This document shows positions 43,447 through 53,276 of a stretch of DNA of 64,000 nucleotides, piece by piece (the first letter of the stretch is position 1; each line of letters begins with the position of its first letter). The translations under genes were made by a program, and so were the position numbers. The DNA comes from an uncultured delta proteobacterium. Its GTDB lineage: Bacteria > Desulfobacterota > Binatia > HRBIN30 > BPIQ01. The notes under the pieces were generated by a model, which saw only the letters and a program-made list of their open reading frames with translations, ran no database searches and was not told the origin of the DNA. The stretch lies in assembly GCA_963761335.1 (NCBI GenBank), contig CAVXGR010000024.1, positions 182,628 to 246,627 on the forward strand, read 5' to 3'.

Positions 43447-45837
43447 TCACTCGATCAGACCGGCGCGGCGGCTGGCGGCCAGCGCGTCGATGGCGTCGAC
43501 GCGGCGGATGGCCTCGCGGATCTCCTCGGCGAAGGCGCGGCGAGCCTCGGCGGGCCGCGGTAGGTCGGCATCGAGCAGACCGCGGTTGCGGGCCAGCCGC
43601 AGAGCCGTCTCGAACAGCACCTTCGACACCGACTCGGGGCTGTGGATGCGCCGCTGCAGCTGGTACTGCTTGCCGAGCGCCAGACAGTCGGCGAGAAAGG
43701 CGGCCTCCTCCGGGACTGCGGCGCCGTCGCAGCGGACGAGAGCCTCGGCGACCACCTGATAGGCTTCGAGGAAGGGTCGCAGAATGCGGTGTGCGCTGAA
43801 TGGACGGAAGCGGCGGATGAGAGCGTGAATCGACTGCGGCCCGGCCTCGAGACAGCTCTCCCAGCTGGCGTCGTGCAGGGTCACCTCGCGGCGCAACTCG
43901 GCGCGGAAAACCTCTTTCTCCGCGAAGAAGAACTCGAACTTCAGCAGATCGCGCAGCCGCATGCCCTCGTCCCAGAACTCGCGCGTCGGCTGCGCCACGC
44001 CGTCCTCGGCGGCGCGCAGCAGGGCCAGCTCGGCGATGGCGCCGTTGACGAAGAAGTGAATGATGGTGTTGCGGTAGTACGCAGCCGTGAGGTGCTGGTC
44101 GGGACCGATGGCGTACACCGTCTCCGGTCCTTCGGCGAAGCAGGAGACCACGCCGTTCTCCACCAGCGCCTCGAGAACGCGACGCACGCCCTCGGGCGTG
44201 TCGAGGTCGAACTCCTCGGTCGTCGGCAGCCGCCGCTTGTCGACGTAGGCCAGCAGGTTGGACAGCAATCCCACGGCCTCGTCGAGGCTCACGGCGCGGT
44301 CCCCGGCACCGAGCAGCGCCAGGGTGACGAGCGAGATCGGTGTGATCGGCGTGGCGCGGTTGATGCGCACCGAGACCTCGAAGGCGATCTTCTGCAGATC
44401 GAGGCTGCGCTCGCCGTCGTCGTGCGGCTCGGCTTGCGGGTCGACCGGTCCGAGGTAGGCCTGGAGCGACAGCGGCTCGCCGAAGCGGATGTGGATACGG
44501 CCGTAGCGCCGCCCGAGCTTGCGCAGCACGCCCAGGAACCAGCCGAAGCTCTCCTTCTGCTTGGCGGCGCCGCGCTGCTCGGCGACGTAGTCGCCGACGT
44601 CCTGGATCTGGTCGTAGGCGATCGCCACCGGGATCAGGTAGACGTCCTCGCTCTTGCCGCGGCGGTAGGCGTCGGCGACATAGGCCAGCAGGCCGAGGCG
44701 CGGCGGCAGCAGCTTGCCGGAACGGGAGCGCCCGCCCTCGACGTACCACTCGAGCGAGAAGCGCTTCTCGATGAGATAGTCGATGTACTGGCGCAGCACG
44801 AACTTGTAGAGGGGATTGTCCTTGAAGCTGCGGCGGATGAAGAACACCCCGCTGCGGCGGAACAGCGGCCCGAGCGGGAAGAAGTTCATGTTGATGCCGC
44901 CGGCGGTGTGGTTGGGCGGCAGGCCGTTCTCGTGCAGCGCGTACTGCACCACCAGATGGTCCAGGTTCGACTTGTGACTGGGGAGAAAGACGACCGGATA
45001 GCGCTGCGTCAGAGAGAAGACAGCCTCCAGCTCGGCGTGGTCGTAGCGCAGCCCTTCGGAGTAGCCGCGCGTGTACATGAGGTGGATGAGGTGCGCCACC
45101 AGATCGATCACGTAGGGGCTGTGGGTGGCGGCGATCTCCTTGAGATAGCGCGACGCCTGCCGCGCCACGGTAGCCTCCTGACGGCCCTGCTCGCTCGCCA
45201 GGCGCGCGATGCCGCCGCGAAAGGAGGGCCGCGCCAGGATCTCCTCGCGCACCAGACGCGGCACCTTGTAGCGGGCGCCGCGCAGGCGACGTTCGGCGCG
45301 CTCCAGAGCCAGGGTGGCCTGGCGGGCGACGAACTCGGCGAGGCCGGTGGTCTGCGTCAGGTCGGTGCCGCCGGCGCGCCGCCAGCGGTCGCGCAGCTCC
45401 GAGGCCGGAGCCGGATCCCCCATCACCACACAGCAGCGGTCGGGGTGGCGGCGCAACAGCCAGGCTTCGCGCAAGCGTCCGGGGTCCCGGGGGTCGCCGA
45501 AGGTGAGCAGATCGGGGAGGCGCACGGCGCGCACGCCGCCGCGTTTGGCCGGCTGCCAGGCGACCCGCAAGGGCACGAGCAGCGGGTCGTCCCCGGAGGC
45601 GAGGCGGGCTTCGAGATGCGGATCGAGCTTGCGGCGGCGTCCGCGGCGGGAGGAGGGCAGGGCGATCCGATCGACGGCGCTGCTCTCCGCCGGGCGGTGG
45701 CGATCGATCCAGCTCTCCAGGACGCGCCGCTCGAGAGCGCTGGCGGCATCGAGCAGGAAGACGGTGGCGGGCTGCCCCTCCCGGGGCCAGCTCGGCTCCT
45801 CACTCAGAGGAACGACGGGCGCGGCGGACGTCGCCAT
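43447..45837 (-). CDS. plsB: Glycerol-3-phosphate acyltransferase (PlsB-type, actinobacterial-like)
   Basis: SHKSNLD, AGGINMNF, FFIRRSF, WYVEGGRSRSGK, YYRNTIIH. Confidence 0.88.
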   Translation of the reverse strand: MATSAAPVVPLSEEPSWPREGQPATVFLLDAASALERRVLESWIDRHRPAESSAVDRIALPSSRRGRRRKLDPHLEARLASGDDPLLVPLRVAWQPAKRGGVRAVRLPDLLTFGDPRDPGRLREAWLLRRHPDRCCVVMGDPAPASELRDRWRRAGGTDLTQTTGLAEFVARQATLALERAERRLRGARYKVPRLVREEILARPSFRGGIARLASEQGRQEATVARQASRYLKEIAATHSPYVIDLVAHLIHLMYTRGYSEGLRYDHAELEAVFSLTQRYPVVFLPSHKSNLDHLVVQYALHENGLPPNHTAGGINMNFFPLGPLFRRSGVFFIRRSFKDNPLYKFVLRQYIDYLIEKRFSLEWYVEGGRSRSGKLLPPRLGLLAYVADAYRRGKSEDVYLIPVAIAYDQIQDVGDYVAEQRGAAKQKESFGWFLGVLRKLGRRYGRIHIRFGEPLSLQAYLGPVDPQAEPHDDGERSLDLQKIAFEVSVRINRATPITPISLVTLALLGAGDRAVSLDEAVGLLSNLLAYVDKRRLPTTEEFDLDTPEGVRRVLEALVENGVVSCFAEGPETVYAIGPDQHLTAAYYRNTIIHFFVNGAIAELALLRAAEDGVAQPTREFWDEGMRLRDLLKFEFFFAEKEVFRAELRREVTLHDASWESCLEAGPQSIHALIRRFRPFSAHRILRPFLEAYQVVAEALVRCDGAAVPEEAAFLADCLALGKQYQLQRRIHSPESVSKVLFETALRLARNRGLLDADLPRPAEARRAFAEEIREAIRRVDAIDALAASRRAGLIE

Positions 45838-45876
45838 GGACCCGATAGTCCGTCGGCCGAGGCCGCCGTGTCAAAT

Positions 45877-45949
45877 GGGGACAGGCTACTTTTGCCTGGC
45901 GAAGACCGAAGCGGCGTCACGGGATCGGTCGCAAAAGTTGCCTGTCCCC
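45877..45949. repeat. Family D inverted-repeat element, copy 2
   Basis: GGGGACAGGCTACTTTTGC...GCAAAAGTTGCCTGTCCCC. Confidence 0.82.
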
Positions 45950-45992
45950 GTCGTTGACTCACCGGCGCCCGGGAGGCAGCCTCGGAGGACTC

Positions 45993-46874
45993 ATGCGCAA
46001 CGAGGGCAATTCCCACGAAGAGCCGACGCCGGTCTCCTTCCGCGGCCGGGACGGTCTGGAGATCCGTGGCGACGCGTGGGGCGATCCACGGCGCCCGCCG
46101 GTCATCCTGCTGCCGGGAGGCGGACAGACGCGACACGCCTGGGGCGGGGCCGCCGCGGCGCTGGCCGCGGACGGTTGGTATGCGCTGGCCCTCGACCTGC
46201 GCGGCCACGGCGAGAGCGGCTGGGCAGCGGACAGCGACTACAGTCTCGAGGCCTTTGCCGCCGATCTGCTCGCGGTCGCCGAGAGCCTCGGCCGCCCGCC
46301 GGTGGTGGTCGGCGCCTCCCTCGGCGGCATGACCGCACTGCTCGCCCAGGGAGAGAGTGACCGCCCGGTATTCGCGGCGGTGGTGCTCGTCGACATCGCG
46401 CCACGCATGGAGCCCGAGGGCGTCGAGCGCATCGTCGCCTTCATGCGCGCCCACCTCGACGGCTTCGGGTCTCTGGAGGAAGCCGCCGACGCCATCTCCG
46501 AGTTCATCCCGCACCGGCCGCGGCCCAAGGACATGAGCGGCCTCGCCAAGAATCTCCGGCGCGATGCCGACGGTCGCTATCGCTGGCACTGGGATCCGGA
46601 GTTCGTCGTCGGCATGCGCCGGCCGAGCGGCTCGCAGCAGCCGGACCGCCTGCTGGCGGCGGCCCGGCGCCTTCCGGTGCCGGTGCTGCTGGTGCGCGGC
46701 CAGATGAGCGACGTCATCAGCGAGGAGGGCGCGGCGGAGTTCCTTGCCGCGGTGCCGCAGGCGCGCTACGCCGACGTCTCCGACGCCGGCCACATGGTGG
46801 CCGGCGATCGAAATGATGCCTTTGCCGCGGCGGTGATCGACTTCCTGCGCGAGGTCCGCGACACGGCCGCGTAG
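45993..46874 (+). CDS. Alpha/beta hydrolase (non-heme haloperoxidase-like)
   Basis: GGGQTRHAW, DLRGHGES, GASLGG, DAGHMVAGD. Confidence 0.9.
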   Translation: MRNEGNSHEEPTPVSFRGRDGLEIRGDAWGDPRRPPVILLPGGGQTRHAWGGAAAALAADGWYALALDLRGHGESGWAADSDYSLEAFAADLLAVAESLGRPPVVVGASLGGMTALLAQGESDRPVFAAVVLVDIAPRMEPEGVERIVAFMRAHLDGFGSLEEAADAISEFIPHRPRPKDMSGLAKNLRRDADGRYRWHWDPEFVVGMRRPSGSQQPDRLLAAARRLPVPVLLVRGQMSDVISEEGAAEFLAAVPQARYADVSDAGHMVAGDRNDAFAAAVIDFLREVRDTAA

Positions 46875-46892
46875 GAGACCCCGCTTCCGTCG

Positions 46893-48293
46893 ATGTCCGA
46901 TCCGGCGCCGACCTCGCCGGCGCGCGGCGCTGACGCCCCGACCAGCGAGTGCGGCTCTCTGGCGAAACGGCGCAAGGCGACCTATGCGCTCGGCGACTTC
47001 ACCGTCAACACCGTCCTGGCGGCACTGTCGCTCGTCTACGCGTCCTTCTATCTGACTCAGGTCGCCGGGCTGCGGCCGGCACTCGCCGGCCTGGTGCCGC
47101 TGATCGCGCGCACCATCGACGCGGTCACCGACCCGCTCATGGGGCGGATCTCCGATCTGACCAGCTGGCGCTGGGGGAGGAGGCGTCCGTACTTCGTCAT
47201 CGGCGCTGTGCCGTTCGGCCTCAGCTTCGCGTTGCTGTGGTATGACGCCTCCGCCTGGCCGGAGCTGGTGCGCTTCATCTACTACAGCGGCGTCTACTCT
47301 CTGCTCAGCATCGCCATGACGGTGCTCTCGGTGCCCTACCTGGCGCTCATTCCCGAGATGGCCCTCGGTTACGACGAGCGCACCTCGCTCAACACCTACC
47401 GCAACGTCGGCGCCATCTTCGGCATCTTCGCCGCCATCGCCATCCGCCCGCTGTCGGCGCTGCTCGGCGGTGGCAGTCGCGGCTTCGCGCTCACCGGCGC
47501 CATCTTTGGCGTCGCCTTGGCGGCGCCGTGGTTCGCCGTCTACGGCGTCAGCTTCGAGCGCCCGAGCTTCCGCTCGCGGCCGGTGGAGATCGGCTTCGTC
47601 GACGGCATCAAGATCGTCGCCCGGCACCGCACCTTCATGCAGTTGATGGCCCTCTATCTCAGCGGCCGCATCGCCATGGACCTGATCGGCGCCATGCTGA
47701 TCCTCTACTTCACCTACTGGATCGGCCGCTCCGGCGACTTCGAGATCACCATGCTGCTCTTTCTGTCCACGGTGATGGTGTCGCTGCCGTTCTGGCTGCG
47801 CATCGCCCGCCGGCGCGACAAGGTGAGCATCTTCATCGTCGGCTCGATCTGGTGGATGTCGGTCCAGGCGCTGATGTTCTTTGCGCAGCCGGATTGGCCG
47901 CGTGCCCTGCTGCTCGGGTTCCTCTGCTTCGGCGCCATCGGCTACGCGGTCGTGGACCTCATGCCGTGGGCGATGCTGGGGGACGTCATCGACGAGGACG
48001 ACCTGAAGACCGGCGAGCGCCGCGAGGGCCTGTACAACGGCGTCTTCACCTTCCTGCGCAAGCTCGGCGGCGCTCTGGCCGTGTTCCTCGCCCTCTCGGC
48101 CCTCGACCTCGCCGGCCTCGGAACCGGCCCGCATCAGCCCGAGAGCGCCCGCTGGGCCGTGCGCGTGCTCAGCTCACTGGCGCCGGCGGCGCTGCTGGCC
48201 CTCGGCGTCTGGCTGGCGCGTGGCTACCCCCTGTCGCGCGCCGCTCACGCCGATGTTCTCCGCCAGCTCAATGCCCGCGACGGCAGCAGATGA
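46893..48293 (+). CDS. MFS transporter, glycoside-pentoside-hexuronide (GPH) family
   Basis: DAVTDPLMGRISD..WGRRRPY, DVIDED..TGERREGLY. Confidence 0.9.
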   Translation: MSDPAPTSPARGADAPTSECGSLAKRRKATYALGDFTVNTVLAALSLVYASFYLTQVAGLRPALAGLVPLIARTIDAVTDPLMGRISDLTSWRWGRRRPYFVIGAVPFGLSFALLWYDASAWPELVRFIYYSGVYSLLSIAMTVLSVPYLALIPEMALGYDERTSLNTYRNVGAIFGIFAAIAIRPLSALLGGGSRGFALTGAIFGVALAAPWFAVYGVSFERPSFRSRPVEIGFVDGIKIVARHRTFMQLMALYLSGRIAMDLIGAMLILYFTYWIGRSGDFEITMLLFLSTVMVSLPFWLRIARRRDKVSIFIVGSIWWMSVQALMFFAQPDWPRALLLGFLCFGAIGYAVVDLMPWAMLGDVIDEDDLKTGERREGLYNGVFTFLRKLGGALAVFLALSALDLAGLGTGPHQPESARWAVRVLSSLAPAALLALGVWLARGYPLSRAAHADVLRQLNARDGSR

Positions 48294-48298
48294 AAGAA

Positions 48299-48370
48299 GG
48301 GGACAGGCAACTTTTGGTGGCGAGCTCGTCGCCCGGATCTGATCTCGAGGCGCAAAAGTAGCCTGTCCCC
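48299..48370. repeat. Family D inverted-repeat element, copy 3
   Basis: GGGGACAGGCAACTTTTG...CAAAAGTAGCCTGTCCCC. Confidence 0.82.
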
Positions 48371-48450
48371 ACCCACCCGCCCCTGTGTTCATGGCACTGC
48401 ATCTGTGGTTTCATACGGGGAATGCGCTCTCGTGCGGAGGTGAGGGGCTG

Positions 48451-49698
48451 ATGGGTCCAGGATCGAAGAAGGCGCGGCTGGCGCCCTGGCTGGTGGCGGA
48501 GGTGCTGGTGGCTCTGCTGCTCGCCGGGCCATGTCTTGCCTACATTCCAGTCGGCAAGAACGCCACACTCATCCCTCTCCCGGAGATCATCGAGGATCCC
48601 AACGAAGGCCTCACCGTCGGCGTGCTCGCCTCCTTGCTGATGACCGACGACAAGGGCGACGTGCGGCGCATCCTGGCCCCCGACGTCCGCTACAACAGCA
48701 TCACCGGCGCCTATCCCATGTTCCGCCTCTTCGAGTATCCGGCAGCCAATCAGAAGATCCTGCTGCTGGCCGGAAAGGCCACCACCGTCGGCGAGTACTT
48801 CGAATCGACCTATGTGGGTCAGAACATCCTCAAGGGATGGCTCGACCTCGGCCTGCGCGCCGTGCACGAGAACGACCCCTTCGAGCGCTTCTACGGGTTC
48901 GGCAACAGCACCCCCGACTCCAACGAGAGGAACTATCTCGGCGACAACGGCTCCGTAGTCGTCGGCGTCGGCGTCAACCTGCCGTACTCGCTGGAGGCGA
49001 TCACGCAGACCCGCCTCAAGGTCGTTCGCGTTCGGCAGGGCGGGGTGGACAAGGTGCGGCAGCTGGTCAACGACCCGCAGTTCATCGGCACGCCCGGGAT
49101 TACCGGCGCCACCGTGGTCGGCCAGCGCTTCGGCCTCCGCTTCGATACGCGCGACTCGGACTTCGTTCCGACGCGGGGCATTCTCGGCGAGGTCGGCGTC
49201 GAGATCGTCGACCAGGCACTCGGGGCCTCGGCCTCCTATCTGCGCTACGGGATGGAGGCCCGGAGCTATTTCCCGTTCGACGAGGCGAAGACCTATATTC
49301 TCGCCTCACAGGCGGTGCTCGAGTACATGCAGGGCGGCTCGCGAGCGCCCTTCTTCGACCGCAGCTCTCTTGGTGGCGTCGACAGCATGCGCGGATTCGG
49401 CAGCAGGCGCTACGTCGACAACAACCGCTTCTTCGTGCGCAGCGAGCTGCGCACCAACGTCTGGGAGCCGTCGTGGCTGGTGGATCGCTTCAAGACGCAC
49501 GGTCACCTGGAGATCTCGCCGTTCATCGAGCTCGGGCAGGTGTTCAACTCCTCCCGCACCTTCCCGCTCGAGGACCCGCACACGGTCGGCGGCGTCTCCT
49601 TCCGCGCCGTCGTCCCACCGCAGCTGGTCGCTTACGTCGACGTCGGCACGACCGGCGGCAGCCCCGCGGTGTTCACCGGGATCGACTACCCTTTTTGA
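48451..49698 (+). CDS. BamA/TamA (Omp85) family outer-membrane protein without obvious POTRA domains
   Basis: Signal peptide, FDTRDS..PTRG, LGG..SMRGF, C-terminal YPF. Confidence 0.85.
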   Translation: MGPGSKKARLAPWLVAEVLVALLLAGPCLAYIPVGKNATLIPLPEIIEDPNEGLTVGVLASLLMTDDKGDVRRILAPDVRYNSITGAYPMFRLFEYPAANQKILLLAGKATTVGEYFESTYVGQNILKGWLDLGLRAVHENDPFERFYGFGNSTPDSNERNYLGDNGSVVVGVGVNLPYSLEAITQTRLKVVRVRQGGVDKVRQLVNDPQFIGTPGITGATVVGQRFGLRFDTRDSDFVPTRGILGEVGVEIVDQALGASASYLRYGMEARSYFPFDEAKTYILASQAVLEYMQGGSRAPFFDRSSLGGVDSMRGFGSRRYVDNNRFFVRSELRTNVWEPSWLVDRFKTHGHLEISPFIELGQVFNSSRTFPLEDPHTVGGVSFRAVVPPQLVAYVDVGTTGGSPAVFTGIDYPF

Positions 49699-50230
49699 CC
49701 TGCCCCAGGTAGCCGCGCAGTCCCTTGGCGACGTCGGTCAGGTTCGGCGTGATCAGGTTGACCACGAACTTCTCCACCTGCGGCGCCAGGCGGTTGCCGA
49801 GGAAGCGCGGCAGCCCGGGCAGCTTCTCCGGATGGATGCGCAGGTCCCCGGTGATGCGGATGCGCGTCGCCTTGCGCGGATCATCGGGGTGCGGCTCGAA
49901 GAAGTTGGTCCCCGAGCACTCGTAGAAGTTTGAGAGGCTGGTCGACAGCGTCCAGTCGACCTTGTACTCCGCCGGGGTCCACACGGCGGTATCGAGCCAG
50001 GCGAGCCACTCTTCGGAGACGAAGGGACGCAGCGCCGAGGGCACCGACTCGGATACCCCCTGCCAGCGGCGCAGGATGCGAATCCGATCCCTCGGGAGGT
50101 CCTTGCGCTCCAGAGTGTCGATGCGGGCGACGTTCGGCAGGAAGGGGACGATCTCCTCCATCCGCACGATCATCGTCTCCAGAACTTTCTCCGCCGGATG
50201 AGCGACCTTGCTGGTCTCTGCAAACTGCAT
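49673..50230 (-). CDS. Hypothetical protein, possibly SRPBCC/START-like fold
   Basis: 185-aa ORF with GGAGG RBS; pattern LPNV..I, RRW..., W.D...W; fold is inference. Confidence 0.65.
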   Translation of the reverse strand: MQFAETSKVAHPAEKVLETMIVRMEEIVPFLPNVARIDTLERKDLPRDRIRILRRWQGVSESVPSALRPFVSEEWLAWLDTAVWTPAEYKVDWTLSTSLSNFYECSGTNFFEPHPDDPRKATRIRITGDLRIHPEKLPGLPRFLGNRLAPQVEKFVVNLITPNLTDVAKGLRGYLGQVKKGSRSR

Positions 50231-50295
50231 GGCGCCCTCCTATACGACCGCCGCGGCCGGCGGGGCAAGGGCGGGGGAGGGGTGTGCGGAGGGGC

Positions 50296-50532
50296 GAACC
50301 GCAGGGGGCGCAGAGAGCGCGGAGAGGAAAGGAACCGCAAAGGCGCCAAGAGCGCAAAGAAAGGGCGCCATGAGGAAAAGGGGTCAGGCCACTCGGGGAT
50401 CAGCTGCGATGGGCGGGTTGATGACGCTCATGAGCGGAGTGGCCTGACCCCTTTTCCCCTCGGCGTTCTTCTCTTGGCGTCCTCGGCGCCTTGGCGGTCT
50501 CTTTCTCTGCGGTCTCTGCGCCTCTGCGGTTC
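50296..50532. repeat. Nested inverted repeats: family E outer arms with family D-like inner pair
   Basis: GAACCGCAGGGGGCGCAGAGAGCGCGGAGAG...CTCTGCGGTCTCTGCGCCTCTGCGGTTC; inner GGAAAAGGGGTCAGGCCACT...AGTGGCCTGACCCCTTTTCC (50374-50457). Confidence 0.8.
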
Positions 50533-51652
50533 ACCCCTTCCCCGCGACCCGCTCGATGTGCGCCAGCACCCGCGAGATCAGTTGCCCGCGCCGGAAGGGT
50601 GCCAGGTGGCTGCCGCTGAACCAGTAGATCTCGGGCTCGCCCCAGTGACGCCACAGGGCGTAGGGATGCTCCGGGGGCACGATGCGATCGCCGCGTCCGG
50701 CGAGGATGAGAATCCGATCGCGCTCGAGGCGCGGTGCGAAGGTCAGCGGCGAGTGCACGCGGAAGGCGGCGCGCAGCTCCTCGTGCGAGAACGCCGGCTG
50801 CGGATTGGTGCGGTAGTGGCGGCTGCGAGCGAAGAAGCGCCAGGCCAGATCTCCCATGCACACCGGCGGCACCATCGGGATGACGAAGTCGAGGTCCGCG
50901 GTGAGCCCGGCCAACAGCGACGAAAGATAGCCGCCGAGGCTGAGCCCCAGCAGACCCACTGGTCCAGCGGACTCGCGGCGCAGCCAGCCGCAGACGACGT
51001 GGATCTCGTAGATCGCCTGCCGCACGGCGCCGGCGAGCCGGGCGATGTGCGGCACGGCGAAGCGCTCACCGGAGAAGCGCGCCCCCGGGGGCGTGCGGGC
51101 TCCGTGAAAGGGCAGGGTGAGCAGGACGACGTCGAGGCCGGCGTGGAAGCACTGCGCCGCAAACAGAGCGACGGCGTCGAGGCGCGGGAACCCCATGCTG
51201 AAGCCGTGCAGCGCCACCACCGTCGGTCGCGGATGGCGGCCGCCGTGCCTCCAGTGCTCGAGCAGGATCGGGTCGGGCCAGGCGGCGTCGTCGATTGCGG
51301 CTTGGCCGTAGGGTCGATAGCGCGTGGCGATCTCGAGCGCGACGATCTCGCCGCCGCCGATGCGCCGCCGCCGCCGATCGCGCAGCCGCAGGGGCATTGC
51401 CGGCGTATCGAGAAAAGAGAAGAAGCGCCGCGGCTCGTCCCACAGCTCGCCGGAAACGAAGGCGAGCGCCGAGTTGCGCATCTCCTCCAGCTCCGACGGC
51501 GGCGGCATCAGCAGGCGGTCGACGGCGAGACTCATCGCCTGCAGGACGGCACCGTCGAGCGCGCTCCCGGTCCACGTCAGCAGGCGATCCGCCCACGCCT
51601 CCTCCGGCAGCTCCGGCACCGGCAACGGCGGCATGTCGGTGAGCGCAATCAT
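50531..51652 (-). CDS. Alpha/beta hydrolase (ABHD18-like)
   Basis: LHGF, LPFHGAR, GLSLGGY, DRIVP, GSH. Confidence 0.85.
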   Translation of the reverse strand: MIALTDMPPLPVPELPEEAWADRLLTWTGSALDGAVLQAMSLAVDRLLMPPPSELEEMRNSALAFVSGELWDEPRRFFSFLDTPAMPLRLRDRRRRRIGGGEIVALEIATRYRPYGQAAIDDAAWPDPILLEHWRHGGRHPRPTVVALHGFSMGFPRLDAVALFAAQCFHAGLDVVLLTLPFHGARTPPGARFSGERFAVPHIARLAGAVRQAIYEIHVVCGWLRRESAGPVGLLGLSLGGYLSSLLAGLTADLDFVIPMVPPVCMGDLAWRFFARSRHYRTNPQPAFSHEELRAAFRVHSPLTFAPRLERDRILILAGRGDRIVPPEHPYALWRHWGEPEIYWFSGSHLAPFRRGQLISRVLAHIERVAGKG

Positions 51653-51771
51653 GTCCTCCCCTTATCACAATCGGGAATGGGGAGGGGAAAGCCCCGTCCC
51701 GAAATCACATTGCCGCTTGCCCCAGCCGCGCCCGCTGCCCACAATGCCGCCATCGAGGAGGAGCGCACCCA

Positions 51772-52356
51772 ATGGCTGGCAAGCATGTGAAATACTACTT
51801 CGCCTTTCAATCTCCCTTCGCGGCGCTGGCGGACACGCAGATCGACGACCTGGTGGCGCGCGTCGGCGCCACTCTGGAGCCGATTCCGGTGGTGCCTCCG
51901 CCGATGCCGGTGTCCGAAGGAGTGGCGGCCGCAATCCGCGATTTCAGGGTCAGCTACGCCATCGAGGACTCGGCGCGCTGGGCCCACAGGCTGGGCATCC
52001 CGTGGAAGCCGCCGGAGCCGCGCGACGTCGATTCCACCGACGCCTCCGCCGGTGTGTACGTGGTTCGCGAGCACGGCGACGAGCGCGCCTATCGCAACGC
52101 TGTCTTCCGAGCGCGCTGGTCCGAGGGCCGCAACATCGGCGACCGGCAGCTCCTGGCCCACTGCGCCGAGAAGGCCGGAGTGGCGCGCGACCGCTTCCTG
52201 CCGGGGATCGACGACCCCCGCTATCGCCATCAGGTGCAGGCCGCTCTGCAGCGCTGCATGGAGGACCGCATTTTCGGCGTTCCCATCTTCGTCGTCGACG
52301 GCCAACGCCTCTGGGGCAACGACCGCCTCGATTTCCTGGAGGAAGCTCTCAAGTAG
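51772..52356 (+). CDS. DsbA-like / 2-hydroxychromene-2-carboxylate isomerase family
   Basis: YYFAFQSPFA, IFGVPIFVVDG..LWGNDRL. Confidence 0.88.
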   Translation: MAGKHVKYYFAFQSPFAALADTQIDDLVARVGATLEPIPVVPPPMPVSEGVAAAIRDFRVSYAIEDSARWAHRLGIPWKPPEPRDVDSTDASAGVYVVREHGDERAYRNAVFRARWSEGRNIGDRQLLAHCAEKAGVARDRFLPGIDDPRYRHQVQAALQRCMEDRIFGVPIFVVDGQRLWGNDRLDFLEEALK

Positions 52357-52421
52357 CCCCCTGGGAGCGCGGCCATCCCGGCCGCCAAGGCGCACGAGCC
52401 GAGACGCCGCTCGACGAAAGT

Positions 52422-53156
52422 CTAACCGGCCACCACGCGCTTCTGTGCCGCCAGCCGCTCCTCGTACATCGCCGCCAACCCCCGAAGCGCCCCGGCTCCG
52501 TCGCCGCGAAACGAGGAGCCGTGCATCACCGCCAGTGTCTCCGGGGCCAGCTCGGCGAGGCGGCGAATCGTCGGCCCTGTCGCCGGCGTCAGGCAGCTGG
52601 CCTGAAAGAGCTCCTCCGCCGTCTTTGCCGGTCCGATGATGTCCGCGGTCGTCAGCGCCGGCGGGTCGCCCGTATGCGAGCACAGGTCGCCGCAGAGCAG
52701 TGTGCGGGTGGTCTCCTCGAAGAGAACCCGCGCCTCCCAGCCATGCGGTACGTGCGGCGTGTCGATGTGGCGGACCCGCTTGCCGCCGAGATCGAGTACC
52801 TCGCCGTCCTGCAGCGAGCGCGGCGGGCGGTCGGCGAGATCGTTGAGCGAGACGTCGACCCCGACGGCACCGTGCGCCACCTGGGAGCGCGGCGCCGCCG
52901 CCAGCCACTGATTCATCGAGCCGCACTCGTCGGCTTCGACGTGACCGAAGGTCAGCCAGCGCAGAGCCGACAGAGGCACCACCCGCGCCACCGCCGCGGA
53001 GACCTCCGGGAAGAAGGCGCGCTGCCCGAGGTGAAACAGCAGCGGCTCCTCGGCGCGAATGAGAAACTGGTTGAAGGTGAACCCGTCCGGCGTCACCGCC
53101 GGCACATAAGTGGAGAAGCGAAATATTCCGTCGGCAATCTCGTCGGTTCGAACCAT
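52422..53156 (-). CDS. Stand-alone metallo-beta-lactamase-fold di-iron protein (FprA/ODP-like)
   Basis: FNQFL, HVEADECG, TPHVPHGW, CGD, MHG. Confidence 0.85.
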   Translation of the reverse strand: MVRTDEIADGIFRFSTYVPAVTPDGFTFNQFLIRAEEPLLFHLGQRAFFPEVSAAVARVVPLSALRWLTFGHVEADECGSMNQWLAAAPRSQVAHGAVGVDVSLNDLADRPPRSLQDGEVLDLGGKRVRHIDTPHVPHGWEARVLFEETTRTLLCGDLCSHTGDPPALTTADIIGPAKTAEELFQASCLTPATGPTIRRLAELAPETLAVMHGSSFRGDGAGALRGLAAMYEERLAAQKRVVAG

Positions 53157-53276
53157 GAGAGTCTCCTTTCGCAGAGGGCAAAGTCTGCGCCACATGTAAG
53201 TGCGCGAGCGACGGGGCTGTCAACCTTCGGTCGATCGGGAGTGTGCTGCCGGCCGAAATTGTGATGACGCGGGCAT